Assembly: GCF_000142905.1 (NCBI RefSeq)
Contig: NW_013657631.1
Location: forward strand, 1-64,000
Length of the DNA: 64,000 bases
Direction of reading: 5' to 3'
Source: Thecamonas trahens ATCC 50062
Lineage: Eukaryota > Protista > Apusomonadida
Positions 30,601 through 44,316 of this stretch are shown here, piece after piece. How positions within the stretch are numbered: position 1 is the first letter of the stretch; each line of letters begins with the position of its first letter. The translations under genes and the position numbers were made by a program. A model generated the notes under the pieces. The model ran no database searches and was not told the origin of the DNA. It worked only from the letters and a program-made list of their open reading frames with translations.

Positions 30601-33600
30601 TCACTCGCCGAACCTCACTCGCCGCGCCTGCGCTGAGAGCTCAGCCGTCTGGTCAAGGGCGGCGCCAAGCGGCTCGCCCACAGAGCCAAAGATGGCTGAC
30701 GGAATGGTGTCCACGCCACCGACTCCGATGAGTGAAAGAATGAACGAGATGTTGGGTGCAGACGCCATGTGCGCCGTCACGTTGCCCATCGCAGAGACTT
30801 GCGGGTGGAAGTGGAACCGCTCGCGGACCCGGAACGCCCGTTGCTCCCGACAGCAGCAGAAGCGGTTGCAGCCTCGCCTTCGCCATCTGAGCTGGAGAGG
30901 CCAAAGCCCTCGTCTGACGCCGCAAAGAATGCAGCCTCGTCGTCGTCGTCCGATCCGCGGCCGTGGGACCCGCTCCGCCCGCGCCGTGAGCGTCGCCGCC
31001 GCTGCTGCTTTCGCTTGCTCCCGGTCCGCGAGCCAAACTCGTCCGCGGACGACCACTCGTCGCCATCCGAAGACTCGTCGTCGGAGCCGCCATCGCCGCG
31101 CGCCTCGGCCGACCCGCTAAAGTTGCGCACAATGTTCATCAGGTGCTTGTACACCGCGCGCGAGGTGGCCACGGAAATCGGCCCACTGGGGAACCGCGAG
31201 TCAAAGTCGTACCACACCACACCGCCTTCGGGCGCCTGGTCCGTGTCCATCTCGATGTGGGCTGTTGGAATGCGGAAGACAGGCTGTGTCGATGCCGATG
31301 AGAGTAGCGTCTTGGCCGACACAGACTTGCTCCGCGACGCCGCGTACTGCATCGCAACCTCGCCCTTGCGCACATACACCACAAGCAGCCGCTTGTACGA
31401 TCCGGCGACTCGCGGCTGTACAAGCTGCGCTTGGATCGACTGTGCTTGGATTCGGAGCCACTGGTGGTCGCGGAGGCAGTCGTAGCCAAAAGAAACACGT
31501 TGGCACGCTGCACCACAACATGTAGCGATCCAATCCCGTGCTTGTCCGCTGGCTTCGGATCCACCCCGCCTACTCCAATCCCGCTCGCGCTCTCGTTCCG
31601 CCCGAGCCCGCCCGCAGAGCCCGTCGCCTGCTTTGGATCAAGTGAGAAGGCCACGCCACCGCTCCCGCCGCGGCCGTCGCCACTTGCGCCGCGGACACGC
31701 CGGCCCGACGCCAGCGCGTCCGCCACCAGCGAGCCCACCGCACCGGCAATGGTTGCCACCGACCGCCCGGTCTCGGGCGATGCGTACAGCGTTAGGCCCT
31801 TGCACAGCACGCTCACGTCGACGTACACATAGCCGCCGGACCTAAAGTCGGCTGCTGCCGGCTGCGAGAGAATGTGCGGCAATGCATCGAGCGTGTCCAC
31901 CAGCCGGTCGCGCCCGTGCACATACGTCGCACGCATCTCGCACTTGATCATTCGCTCCGTGTTGAACCAGAGGTCCGCATCGACCTGACGCACCGCTGCC
32001 CCCTGCACATGCACCACCTTGAGCTCAGTAGGCACTTCGACGCCCTGCGCTCCGCCAGGCGCGCGGTACTCGCGCTGAACCTTGACCTGCATGCCGCCGG
32101 CGCGCACCCGCCCTGACAGCTGGCCAGACTCGATTGTGTTGTTGGCCGCCATCACGCACCGCTCCACAGACAGCGCAAGTGTAGATGGCAGTCGCGTTGC
32201 GAGCCCAGCCACAAGCCCGGAGACCTCGGTCTCGAGCATCGTCGACTGCAACGTCACCTGGACACGCCCCACCCGCGACCCAAGGTCCACAGATGTGTAC
32301 CACTCGCGGATCCGCACCACGCTGGACCACGACGGCGCGCTGCTCCTTGTGGCGGCAGCAGCCACCGCCGCCGGAGTACCGTCTCGGGCGTCGGCCGCCT
32401 CTCGCCCGCCCTCGCTCGCTGCCAGTAACCCTGCACGCCAGCCGGCCGACCAGCTCTCGCCAAAGGCTACGGCCTCTTCGAGGTTCTTGCCGTTGACGTC
32501 AAGAAGAACGTTGGCCACGTCAACAACCCGCATAAACATGGCTCCGCCGTCCTCGGTGCGGAAGCCGTAGAATCGGCCCTCGTTGCCCGACAATGCGTCG
32601 AGCCGGAACCGGACGCAGTCTTCTGATCCGTACACGTGTCGGATCTGCATAGAGACAAACTTGCACTTGACCGCCGTAGAGACCACCATCGTTGCGGGCT
32701 CGCCCTCGCTCTGGTCCTCGCTCCCGCTGCTTGCGCTGTCACTCTCGCCGAGCTCGTAACCGCTGCTTCCGCTCAGGCCGCCGAGCGAGTACTCGTCGTC
32801 CGAACTCAGCTCCAGGCTCCCGCTCCCGCTCATCGCCACCGACGAGAGCTCGATCCCGAGTCCCAGCTCGCGCTCGTCCTCGTACTCGTACTCGTAGCCA
32901 AATCCGCTGCCGTCTCGGCTCGGCTTGGGCACACGCACCTTGATCCGCGGGTGGCCCGTGGCTCTCTTCTTCTGTCTCTGCTTCCGCCGCCTCCTCCGCC
33001 GCCGCCGCCGCTTTCGCCGCCGCCGAGCATCCGCCTCGCTCCCGCCCTCGCCCTCGCCCTGTCCGCGTGCGCTCAGCACCGTCGTCAGTACGTCGAGCTC
33101 AGCAAACTCGAGCTTGCACACCACATCCGCCGCAGGCCCGCAGTTGAGCGTCACCGAACGCGGCTCGCAATGGACCAGGAGAGTGATCTCGGTCGCCATA
33201 CCCTCGCTTCGCCTCACGTCTTGCACGTCCTTGTCCTCGTCCGCGGAGGCTGCCCTGGCCGCCACAGACGGCGCCCGGTCAGACATCTCGGCCAAAAACG
33301 TCGCGAGCCGCGGCGTGAGTACCACGTTCGACCTCTTAATGTCAATCTTGGCCGCCACCGCCGCGTGCGGCTTCCATGCCACCACGTACCGGCCCATCCC
33401 GTCTGGCCGCGCACGCTTCACGCTGTTGTGGTCGACAGAGTACCGCGCGAGCGTCTCCAGTGGTGGGAGCGTGATGAGCTGCGCCCCGGTCTCGTCCCAG
33501 CCCGGACCGGCAGTCCCCGGCGTGTTGGCCGAGCCACTGCCCAGCGCTCCGCGGCTCGGGTGAAGCCGGACAAGTCCCTCGGTCACCGACGCCTTGACTT

Positions 33601-36600
33601 CGAACACCAGATCAGCCGGCTGCGGCGGCTCGCGCACACGCCCGCTTCCCGAGTCCACCGTCGACGTGCCCAGCGAGGTTCCGGCTATCCGGCTACGCAC
33701 CTGCTCGGTTCCCTCGATGATCTTGCGAGTCGCCGCCTCGGTTCGTGCCCGCGCCGCAGGCGTCGCGCCGCCCAGGCCGGCCGCATGATCCAGCCCGCTG
33801 TCTTCAGCATCGGCCTCGAGAGACCACAGTTCCGAGAGCCGGGCCACATGGTTGACCACTGCAGGCGTGGCGTCGATCCACGGGCCAGTCGCTGCTGCGT
33901 TGATCCATCCCTGCCCGCGGTTCTGTGACGACTTTCGTACCACGTACCAGTTGGCCGATACCATTCGCGCAACCGCCTTGTTGAAGCACGCTGCCGGCTC
34001 CTCGGCCGCCACAGAGTCAAACACAAACGCCTCCACGCGCTCCACAAGCAGCGAGCCGAGCATCTTGTCAAGCGAGCCAAACTGAAAACCAGTCCCAGTC
34101 CCGCCTCCTTGCTCCTCCACCTTGTCGAGCAGCGTCTGTGAGTTAGCGGTCACTCGCACAGACGCCACGCTCAGCCGCACCAGCGGCGTCGCCTCGGGCG
34201 CACCCTTGGTCTCGGGCAGGAGCGACTCAAAGACTGACGGCGCTGGCGATCCCTGCGGCGCGAGCTCGTCGTCTTCGTCGACTTCGTCGGCCCGGATGAG
34301 CGGAACCCGGAAGACCGAGTCAATGACAGAAATATGGACCGCGGCGTTGGAGAGGACAAGCTCGTTCTCGGCAAATGCCTGCTGCGACTTGTACTTGAGT
34401 GCCTCGAGGTGCTGGTCCTGTAGAGCTGCGTCCATCGCCGCACGCTGCACGTTGTACGCCTCGTACGCCGCCTGATACTCGCTCGCCAACGCCCCGGCCT
34501 TTCGCACCGCAACCGGGCGAAGCACTGCCCGGGTCGTGTCCACAGACACCCAGATCTCTGAAGTCGTGCTGGAGCCCTGGTTTCCGCTTGCGGCGTCGTC
34601 AAAATTGCGCACCACAATGTTTGTCGCGATCTTACCAAACTCCAGGCCATCGTCGTCGTCGTCGGGCATCCCGCTCCCGCCACTGTTGTTCTGTCGCCGC
34701 CGCTTCTTGCGCCGCGTCCGCTTCCTGCGTGCGTACGCCAGCGCCGCGCTAGCCGCGCTCGCAAACCGGGACTTTTGGTCGTCGGTCGGTACAGCTTGGC
34801 AATCTGCTCTGCTGGTGCCAGCGCGCTCTTGGCGGTGAGTACGACCGTGAGACCCTGCAGCCGGACCTGCCACGCCGCAAACACCTCTTCTAGTGAGCCA
34901 GGCACCACCCGATCACGGAGCTTGACGTCCAGCACCCCGTTCTGTACCACCAGCACCACGTCGGGCTGCTCCACAGACGTGGCCACAATACGGAAGCCCT
35001 CCAGTAGAAGATCGACCTTGTAGTGGAATGCACCGGCGCTCGACGACGCCCGTGATCCGCGCCGTGTAGAACCGAGCGTCGACTCCTCAGAGCCCATGCC
35101 TAGATACGCGCCAAGCACTTCGTTGACCTCATGCGTCAGCGTTCGCTGCAGAAACAGCAGGTGATTGAGCATCGACGGCGAGATGGTGTTTTCCACGTAG
35201 TCCACCACCACCAATGAGGTGAGAAACGACTCGAGCATGCCATGCGGGACCCCGCCGTCGTCGATGCTCCCGTCCTCGGTCTCCTCACCTATATACTCAT
35301 TGTGAAGCGAGCCCATGCCGCGGATCGGTGGCAGCGCAAACCGCGCGTGGGCGCGCGATCCGCCGCCGCCGGCCAGCTGTGACTGAAGCCGCTCGTCACG
35401 GTCGAGAACCGGGTCGGCGCTCCCACGGTCACCACTGCCCTCGCCGCCGCTCTCGTTCTCGTTGCCAGCGAGCTCAGTGATAAACGTGATCGCGTGCGGG
35501 AAAACGTGGAACGAAAACGCGAGGTCGCCGTTGAGGTCCTGCGCTACCCGCACCGAGAGCCGCGAGATCGAGTACTGCGACGAGACGGAGGGGAGGAGCT
35601 CAAAGACAGCCATGTTGTCGCGCACATCCAACAGCAGCGCAACCTCGGACACAACCGCAGACTCCATGAGGAACCTCCCCTGAAGCTTCTCCAGTCGGTG
35701 CAGATCCAGTCGCCCGGGCACGGTCGAGCCCGATCGTCGGCCGGTCCCGTACGAGCCGGTCACCGAGCCCGAGACCGAGCCGCCGTCGCCACGCCGCCGA
35801 CCGGACGCCTTGAACGCGCCTTGCCATGTCTGCAGAAACTCGACAAGCTTGGACGGCGCCTGCGTCGTGATCAGCTGCGACCCGTCCCATGCCACCACAG
35901 TCGATGACTTGTACAGCACAGCCTCGCCACTCGCCTTGTCCGAGTCGATCCGCCACGTCGACGAGTCGACCATCGCACCACGGAGCGTGATCCGCATGAT
36001 TGGCCGCTGAACATCGGGCTCAAGCGCAACCGCCGCGAGCTCGTCGAACCGGACCTGCAGCGAGTTAAGCAGCGCAGCGCTGGCCACGCTCTTGCCAAAC
36101 GCACGCTCGGCTGCGTCGGCTGCCGCGTGCGGCGCCCGCGACCCGTCGCATCCAAACTGAGTCGTGCTCACTTGCGCATTAGCCAGCTCGAGCTGCATGT
36201 TGCCGGCCTCGCGGGTCGTCGCTTGCAAAGAGACCCGCTCAAAACTCGCGGTCACTGTAACCGTCAGAGTCACCTTGGGTTGGAGGCTCGCAGCTTGGTC
36301 ATTCTCCTGCTCCTCCTGCTCCTCCTGCTCCTCCTCCGCCTCGGCCTCGTCCACAACCGTCAGTGATGGCATCGACGGCATCGACGGTATCGACGCGCGC
36401 CGATCAAGCGTCTCCATGGCCTCAAACAGGCCGCGGGTCTTGCGCCCTTGGGATCCGGCCGGGTCAAGTGTCGCAGCCGCCATACGCTTCCGCTTGATCA
36501 CTGACTTGAGGACCGAGCCGCTCGACTTGGAGTGCTTGTGGCTGCTCTTGCGCTTCCGCCGCCGCCGCCGCGCGTCTTCCAAATCGACGTCGCCCGACTT

Positions 36601-39600
36601 GCTTGTTCTCCCAGTCTGCAAGCCGATGATATCGCCGTGGCTTCGCGAGAGCAACTCACCCGAAAGAAACGACTTGTCCGGCCCACTCTTGGACCACCGG
36701 CGTATGTGGCGACCACCACTCTCACCAACCGGCTGTCGCTCGTCAGCAAAGGTGACCGACCGCAACGGGTCGCCGCCACGGGCACGCCCGCCGTCGCCGC
36801 CGTCAGAGTTGGACCCACCGTCGCCCTCGGCGCTCGACCCACCATCGACAACCACGCCGCCGGCCGCGCTGGGCGAGGTCAGCGTCGGCGCCTCGATCAT
36901 GTTCAGCACCTTGGTACCGGGCTGCCGCGCCGACGCGCGGAGTAAGAGCGCGTCGTGAGCAATGACGCTCTGCTGGAGGCCGGCAAAGTGCGCAAAGCGG
37001 AGGATGGCCGGTAGGGCTGAGCCATTAACCTGCCCGACACGGAGGACGTAGCGGAGGCCAAGCTCAAGTTGCGGCACGCTGTCGGAGCCTACCGCCAGTG
37101 GATCAACCTCGTTGGACTTGGCGTAGCTTGCCACGCCGGCGCCGGTCAGGTCGGAGCACTTGATCTGCGACTCGGTTCCTCTTGAGTGGAGGACGGCGAG
37201 GCGAAGAGCCTTGAGCGCAAACGAGATGTCGATCGTCGAATCGACGAGTGAAGCAAACTTGGGAAGCCGCTCAAAGATGTTGAGGATGAGCGGCGAGTAA
37301 GCGAGCGCCTGCTCGTCAATGCTCTTGTTCTCGCACCAGACCGAGAGAATCTCCATGGTCTCCCAGAATAGCGCCTCGGTATCCTGGGCCTGGCCGCCAG
37401 CCGTGGCACGAGCCTCGATCTGGGTCTGTAGCAACCGCCGCCTCCGCGAGTTGAGCTTGCGGTAGGCCCGGCGCATGTAGTAGACCAGCTTCCAGCCGGC
37501 GTCGTGCTCAAAGGTGCGCGCGCCGCGGAGCGTGTCGGCCTGCGCGGCTCCGCGGCTCTCGGCGCGGCTCCGGCTCCGGCTCATGCCACGTGGATCGTCG
37601 GGATGAAGACCGACGCTCCCGCTGCGGCCGTGCCAGGCTCGCGATCGCGCACGCGCACGCGAGACCGACGGCGACATGACCCGGGCGGGGTCAATGCCCA
37701 TCATCGACGCCGCGGCCAACTCGCGCATGCAGACCTGGAGCTGCCGCTTGCGGAGCGATGCGTGCTCTGACAGCGACAGGCCGAGCTGAGAGAGAAACGT
37801 GGTCCAGATTGCGATCAGCGAGTTGAGGACCATCGGTGCCTCCTCGACGCCGGCAATACCGATGCCACCGAGCTCGCCGACCCAGGCGCCAGTGGCCGGC
37901 GGCGCAGCGTGTGCGGCGTGCGAGCCCTCGACGTGAACGCGGTCGACCTCGAGGGCAAAGACCACCGGAAACAGGGCCCGTCGAGGGAAGAGCAGCAGCT
38001 CCGAGGCAATGCCCGATGTGGCCAGCGAGCTCGCGTCGCGAGCGTGGACATGCAGGCCCATCCCCCCCATGAGGCACGCCACCTCAGCCGAGCCAAAGTG
38101 CTGGTCCTGGTACTCGATATGGGTGGCAGCGGTTAAGAGCGCCTTCGAGCCGGCGACCAGGACAGGCTCAAACTGGGCGCCGTGCAGATGCTGCTCGACC
38201 GAGCCCATGGCTACAGTGTTGGTCACTACCAAATGGCTCACATACTCGGCCTCGCGCTCGGTCAGTGGCTCGACCGGGAGCGGAAGCGTCGGGCGCGGGC
38301 CGGGCGCCCGCTCCGGCACAATCAGCGTCATGCCCATGATGCACTCGACGTGGAGCGAGGCGCAGGCGAGGCAGACCTGCGTTTGGGCGGCAACGTTGCG
38401 GACTAGCGAGAGCGTGCGCGAGAGCTGGATGTCATCAAACAGGGTGTCGAGCGCAGGCTGCGATGGGTGCAGCGCTTCGGAAATCTCTTCCAAAACCTGG
38501 ACAAAGGCAGGCGTGACAAAGACGCTGAGCTCGGAGAGAAAGTCGACAACGGCGGTGGAGACCACCCGCTGCGCCTTGGCCCGGGCCCAACGAGCCGCGG
38601 GGGAGGCGTGTTTGGAGTCGGAGCAAGACCACTCCTCCGAGTCGCCATGAGCCGAGTCGGCCGCTGGCCGCATCGGCTCCGGTGGGCTCGAGCCCGGGAA
38701 CAAGCCGTCGGCCTTGAGCGAGGCAAACTTCCAAAAGTTGGGACCGTACAGCTCGCGTGCCGTGCTCGAGGCTCCAGCGAGAAAGTAGAGCGAGGCAAAC
38801 GACGACTTGAGTGCAGGCCGCGCCCGGCGCTTTCGCCGCTTCTCGCCACGCGGCACGAGCTGCCGCCGCCGTAGATCAAGGACAAACTCGCGCGGACGGA
38901 CACCAGCCGCCGGCTCGTGGTCGCGTGCCACGCGCGAGCCCCTAGGCGGCGGAACCCAAATGGGCGGGACCCGGGCGTGGGTCTGCGGCTGGCCTTGAAC
39001 GCCAGCACTTGAGCCTCCAGCCTCCTCGTCACTGTCCGAGTCAAAGTCTGAGACTGCGCCGTCATTGTCACGCAAGGCCGAGCTTCGCGTCGCCGACTCC
39101 CACGAGTCGGTCGAGCTTGTGGCCGGGCCGAGCGGTGGTGGACGGTCAGAGAACCACGACGAAGAGAGCGAGGAGGCCGAGGAGGCAGACGCGCCGCCGC
39201 GCGGCGTGGACGACGCGAGTCGTGTAGTGGAGGCCGACTCGGACTCGGACTCAACCGCTTCCTGGGCTTCGGACAATGAGGAAGCCGAGGAGGTGAGATG
39301 AAGCGGAGCAGTGACTTCAAAGTCGCCGCCGCCATCATGTGTGCCGTACGCCGCAAACGAAGCGTTGGACGAGTACTCGTAGTAGTGCTCCGAGACAAAC
39401 GATGAGTCGCCGACATCGGTGCGAGAAGAGACTTCGGGACCGCTGACAGTGGCGGCAGCAGACGCAGCAGCGGCCGGAGTGCGCTGGGCGTGGAACGACG
39501 CGGCCGTATTGAACGATTCGTAGAGGCCTGGGGTAAAGTCGACCTTGGTGTAGTCCTCGGCAACAAAGAGCGAGTCGAGGGCGGTGCCTGCGTTGGGGAA

Positions 39601-42600
39601 AACTGCACGGCGGTAGGCCTCAAACAGCGGGTCGTCGTAGAGAAAGACAAGTCGCGCAGTGGCGGCGTCCTGGGCAAAGAGATGTGCGAGCTGGGCGTCA
39701 CGGGCAAGCTTCCAGTTGTCGGTGATCGAGTAGAGCGAAAAGTGAAGGGCAGTATCAAGCGAGGCGACTTGGGTAAAGGTGGGCGAAGCGTTGTCGGGAG
39801 TCGAGCGCGACTTGACAAACGAGGCCAGCTCAAGGCGCTCGACATTGATGCAGGTCTTTGTCTCGTAAATGGGGTTGACGAGCGAGTCACCCCAGAGCTT
39901 GAGACCAGCGGGGGCAACAAGCTCGGTGACCGAGCCCTCGCACCAAACAGCGAGACGGACTTTGCCGACCGAGACGTTAAAGAGCGAGAGTGGCGGCGGC
40001 AGGCGGATGGTGTTCTCGGGCGCGAGCGCGTTCTCGCGGTCGGTGAGATGAAAGGTGACCTGGGCCAGCGAGGCGGCAACGGCCGAGACGTGCGCTGGGA
40101 CCAGCTCGCCCGAAATGGGGCCGACCTTGGCCTGGACGGCGTGGCCGTAGGTGAGTGCGGCTGGTGCCGGGCCGTAGAGAATGTGGGTGTGGATGTGGAG
40201 GCCACCGATGGCGACAGCACCGTACTTGTGAAGCTCTCCCAAAGTGGCGTCGCGGGTGGGCCCAGCAGACGGGGTCGGTACGGATGGAGGCGGCGGCCCG
40301 CCGTCGGAGCGGGCGCTGAGCGGGCGGCCGCCAAAGGTGTAGCCAGCAAACGGTGAAGCCTCAGTGGTTTCGGCCGTCGCCTTGGGCTTTGACGCGAGCC
40401 CGCGCGTCGAGCCCGCAGAAGGCTGCGGCTCGCTAACGGTGACGCCCGCGGGGGTGGGGACGCGGAGACGGACCGGCGAGATCTCGACAAACATATCGAG
40501 ATAGGCCGGCATGATGCGGACGTCGAGGATGCACTCGGTGACGGTAATCGACGGCGCGGCCTTGGAAGAGTACAGGTACTGCGGGAGCGCGATCTTGATG
40601 TCCTTAAAGTTGACGACTACGTGCAGCTCGCGGGCATTGGCGGCCGGCGGTGGCACATCGCTCGAGGCGTTTTCGGCTGCAAGGAGTCTGTCTGGTCCAA
40701 AGAGAGCACGCTCTTCGTCATAGTATGGCGGGAGCGAGGCGCCCGAAACGGTCGACGCGGCGCGCGAGTGTGCAGCGACGGGGGCGGCGGCGGCGGCGGG
40801 CGGCGGCGGCGGCGCGTGATCCCCAGCTCCCGTTGCCTCAGGCTGGCCGAGCGTGGCAGTGTACTCGTTGGTGGAGCGAAAGACGGTCGAGTAGCCAAAG
40901 TAATTGTCCGAGAGAAAGCCGAGGTAGCGGAGAAAGAAGCCATAGCCAAGGGCATCGAGTGACGAGGCATGGAGATCGACATGAAATGAGTCGAGGGCGC
41001 CTGGGATGACACTGGTATGGGTCCGCGACGAGCCGTCGAGACGAAAGTCTGTGAGCTTTGCAAAGTGCGGGCCGAGTCGAGGATGGAGGCGCGGATGGTG
41101 TTGTCCGACTGGAGGAGGAGCGAGAGCGAGAGCGAAGGCGCGGTGCAACCAAAGGTCATAATGGTGAACGGCGGCTCGTACTCGAGGTAGGGGGTGGCGA
41201 CCGTGAGGTCGAGGCGCGGGCCGGAGAAGACGTAGTGCGCGTTGGAGGCGAGATCGTTGGGCACGTCGATGATGTTCTTCTCGTTGACGTTGGTGTAGAG
41301 GCGAAAGTCTGTGAAGCGCACGTCGTAGTTCCACACGTACGGCACGTAGTGGGCAAGGTCGTATGGCTCGCCGGCACCAAAGTCTGCACCGAGCTCGCCG
41401 AAAAAGGTCGAGTGCTGGGCAAGGTAAAAGATGGACGGCGAGGTGGCGGAGAGGTAGAGCGACCAGAGCTGTTCGCCGTTCCAGGGCAGGGGGTAAATGC
41501 CCTCGACCGAGAGCGAGATGGCCGGAGCTGTGAGGAGCGGCGCTCCATTGAGCGAAGTGGCGACGCGGACGTCAAAGAGGTTGAGCTCGTACGTCATGGT
41601 ATAGCCTGCGTTGTCGAGGATGAGCATGGGCATGTTGAAGAATAACGAGGAGCCCGGGCGGAGGAGCGCCTGCTTGTGGGTGGACATGGCGGCGGAGCCG
41701 AGCGGAGGGGCGGATGCGTGCTCCGGTGGGGCGTGGGCAAAGACAATGTCGAGCGAGCCGACGCGGCGGGCGGCGAACGGTGGCAACGGAGCACCGGGTG
41801 GCGCGAGCGCATGACGAAATGGGATGCGGAGTGTGGCCTCGTTGGAGAACTTGACGAGGGTGGTAAAGTCGGGTGGGTAGCGGTCGGTGCCGGGCACGAT
41901 GGGCCACACCTCCCAGTCCTCGTAGGGGAAGGGCATAAAGTAGGCGAGCATGAGGGCGCGCTGGCGCTCGGCAAAGGGACCGTAGGCAACGACAAGGTCG
42001 GCAAAGATGAGATCCATGCCCCACTGCGGGCCGAGGTCGTCGGGCGAGGGGGATGGCGGAACCGTGCCGACGACGTCGGCAAAGTAAGTGAGGGTGACCG
42101 AGGAGCAAGAAAGGATGGTGTCCACGCGGCCGTACTCTTCCGAGTCGAGGTAGCACGCCGAGTCTGGGAAGAGCAACTTATCCGACTGAGCTTGGACACC
42201 GGCGTCCGGCACCGTGGAGGAGCCTGTCGGCCCGGGCTGGAGCGGGGCGGTCGACGAGGCGCGATCGATCGAGCGTGACGAGCGGTTGCGCGTGAGGCGC
42301 GAGCGCATGCGGGCGTGGGCGCGGGCGGCGGGGCGCGACGACGCCGGAGTCGATGCGGCAGAAAGGCCGATGGCAGTGCCGCCGAGGCCGTAGTTTGCGG
42401 GCGAGACCAGCTGGCCGTAGTCCTGCTCCGAGCGGGAGGCCGATCGCGAGTGCCGACGGGCGTGGCCGCGGCGGACGCGCGGGGCGGGAGGACGCGGGTG
42501 CGGCTCATCGCCCGAGTCTGCGACGGGCTTGGCGTCGGGGCCGGCCAGCGAGTCTGCACACGAGACGTCGACGGCGAGGCCTCCGGGCGGCGGACCAGAT

Positions 42601-43732
42601 GTCGGGGCGCCGTCGGCGCGGGAGCGCTTGAACGGGTTGAACCGCGAGTGGATAAAGTTTCCCCACGCGTCGTCGTCCGAATACTCGGACGAGACGGCGA
42701 GGTCGTCGTCAAAAAAGGCTTCGTCTTCGCGGAGAAAGGCAAACTTGACGTCGCCAACAAACTCACGCAGATTGCGGATGTTGCGCTGGATGAAGCCACG
42801 CGGAAGGATGCGCGAGACGCGCGAACGGGCAGCAGGTGTCTTGGCGCTTCCCATGTCTGATGGCGGGGTGTAGTCGAGGTTGGGGACGAGCTTGAGCGCA
42901 GCGCGGACGAGCTTAAAGTGCGAGATCGACTTGTAGTAATCGAGCGGCGACCGGGCACGCTCGGCGGTGAGTACTCCGGTGGCCTTGTGCCAGTGCAAAA
43001 GGGCAACGTTGGGCAGCTGCGGATTTCCGACGTAGAGTGCGCCTTTGCGGACTTTGACGCCGAGCATGGGAAAGAGGCGAAAGAGGGTGGGGATCTGATT
43101 GCCGCCGGGCGCAACGTAGCCGTCGGCACCAGCCCCGCCAAGAGTGGCCGCGCCAGCGGCAGAGGCGGTGTGTGTCGAGCTCCGCGAGCCGCCTTTGCCT
43201 GTGGAGCAGCTGCTGTCGTCTGCATCGTCCGAGACGAACGATCTCGAGCTGGCTCTCGGCCCATGGTCAGCAGTAGCTGCAGAAGCAGCAGCAGTAGCAG
43301 CTTCGCGTTTGCGGAGGATCTCTTCGATGGCATCGTATCGCGAGGCCCAATTGTACATAAGATCTCCAGGCCTGAGATGTTGATACGAAAGCGACAAGAG
43401 CGATAAGCATCGTCACGAGTATACTCTACAGCACTTGTAGCATCTTCTGACCACCATCTCAAAGTGATATACGCATCGACAAAGTTAAACGAAGCATCTC
43501 GAGTCACGTAGCGGACTTTTCTCAAAATGATACGTCCGCCAAAGAGCGCAATGTTGAGCGAGCCGATGGAAATGGATTCATCCTTTGGCAGAAGAAAGGT
43601 AGAGATGATGCTCGCCGCCAGTTTGGCGAGCACACGGGTGGAGAAGAAGACAAAGTACACCATGAGTACTCCAAGCACTCCCGTCCACACAAACCATGAC
43701 ACAGGGGCAGTCCCAGATGCATCCTCAAGCAT
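30601..43732 (-). CDS. BLTP1: Bridge-like lipid transfer protein BLTP1 (KIAA1109/Csf1/tweek/LPD-3), ~4370 aa, split by ~5 homopolymer frameshifts
   Basis: N-terminal TM followed by ISIGSLNIALFGGRIILRKVRY; PQWGMDLIF..YGPFAERQR..FMP; NVNEKNIID; C-terminal PNISFILSLIG...TIPSAIF...EPL. Frame switches near 43360, 41068, 34795, 31490 and 30787. Confidence 0.88.
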
Positions 43733-43844
43733 TCGTTCCTGGTTGTCGTGTGCGCCTGCCCTGGCGTGAGGGTGGGTGGAGTGGTGTGGTGGGGGGGTTG
43801 GGGGGGGGGGGGGGGGTTGGGGGGGGGGGTGGTGTTGCGTGTGT

Positions 43845-44316
43845 GGTGATCGCGATCGTGATCGTGATCGTGATCGTGATCGTGATCGCGATCTTGGTTG
43901 TGGTCGTCGAGGGTATGCTGAGGGGGAGAAGGGAATGCGGGAGGGGAGGGGAGGGGGGGATGATCGTGATCGTGATCGTGATCGTGGTGGTGATCGTGAT
44001 CGTGATCGTGATCGTGATCGCGATCTTGGTTGTGGTCGTCGAGGGTATGCTGAGGGGGAGAAGGGAATGCGGGGAGGGGGAGGGGGAGGGGGGAGGGGAT
44101 GATCATGATTGTAATCGTGATCGTGGTGGTGATCGTGATCGTGATCGTGATCGTGATCGCGATCTTGGTTGTGGTCGTCGAGGGTATGCTGAGGGGAGAA
44201 GGGAATGCGGGAGGGGAGGGGAGGGGGGGATGATCGTGATCGTGATCGTGATCGTGATCGCGATCTTGGTTGTGGTCGTCGAGGGTATGCTGAGGGGGAG
44301 AAGGGAATGCCGGGGA
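43845..44316. repeat. Compound repeat of (GATCGT)n tracts plus a ~100-140-bp G-rich unit x4, running into a gap
   Basis: ATCTTGGTTGTGGTCGTCGAGGGTATGCTGAGGGG at 43891, 44023, 44162 and 44263. Confidence 0.9.
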
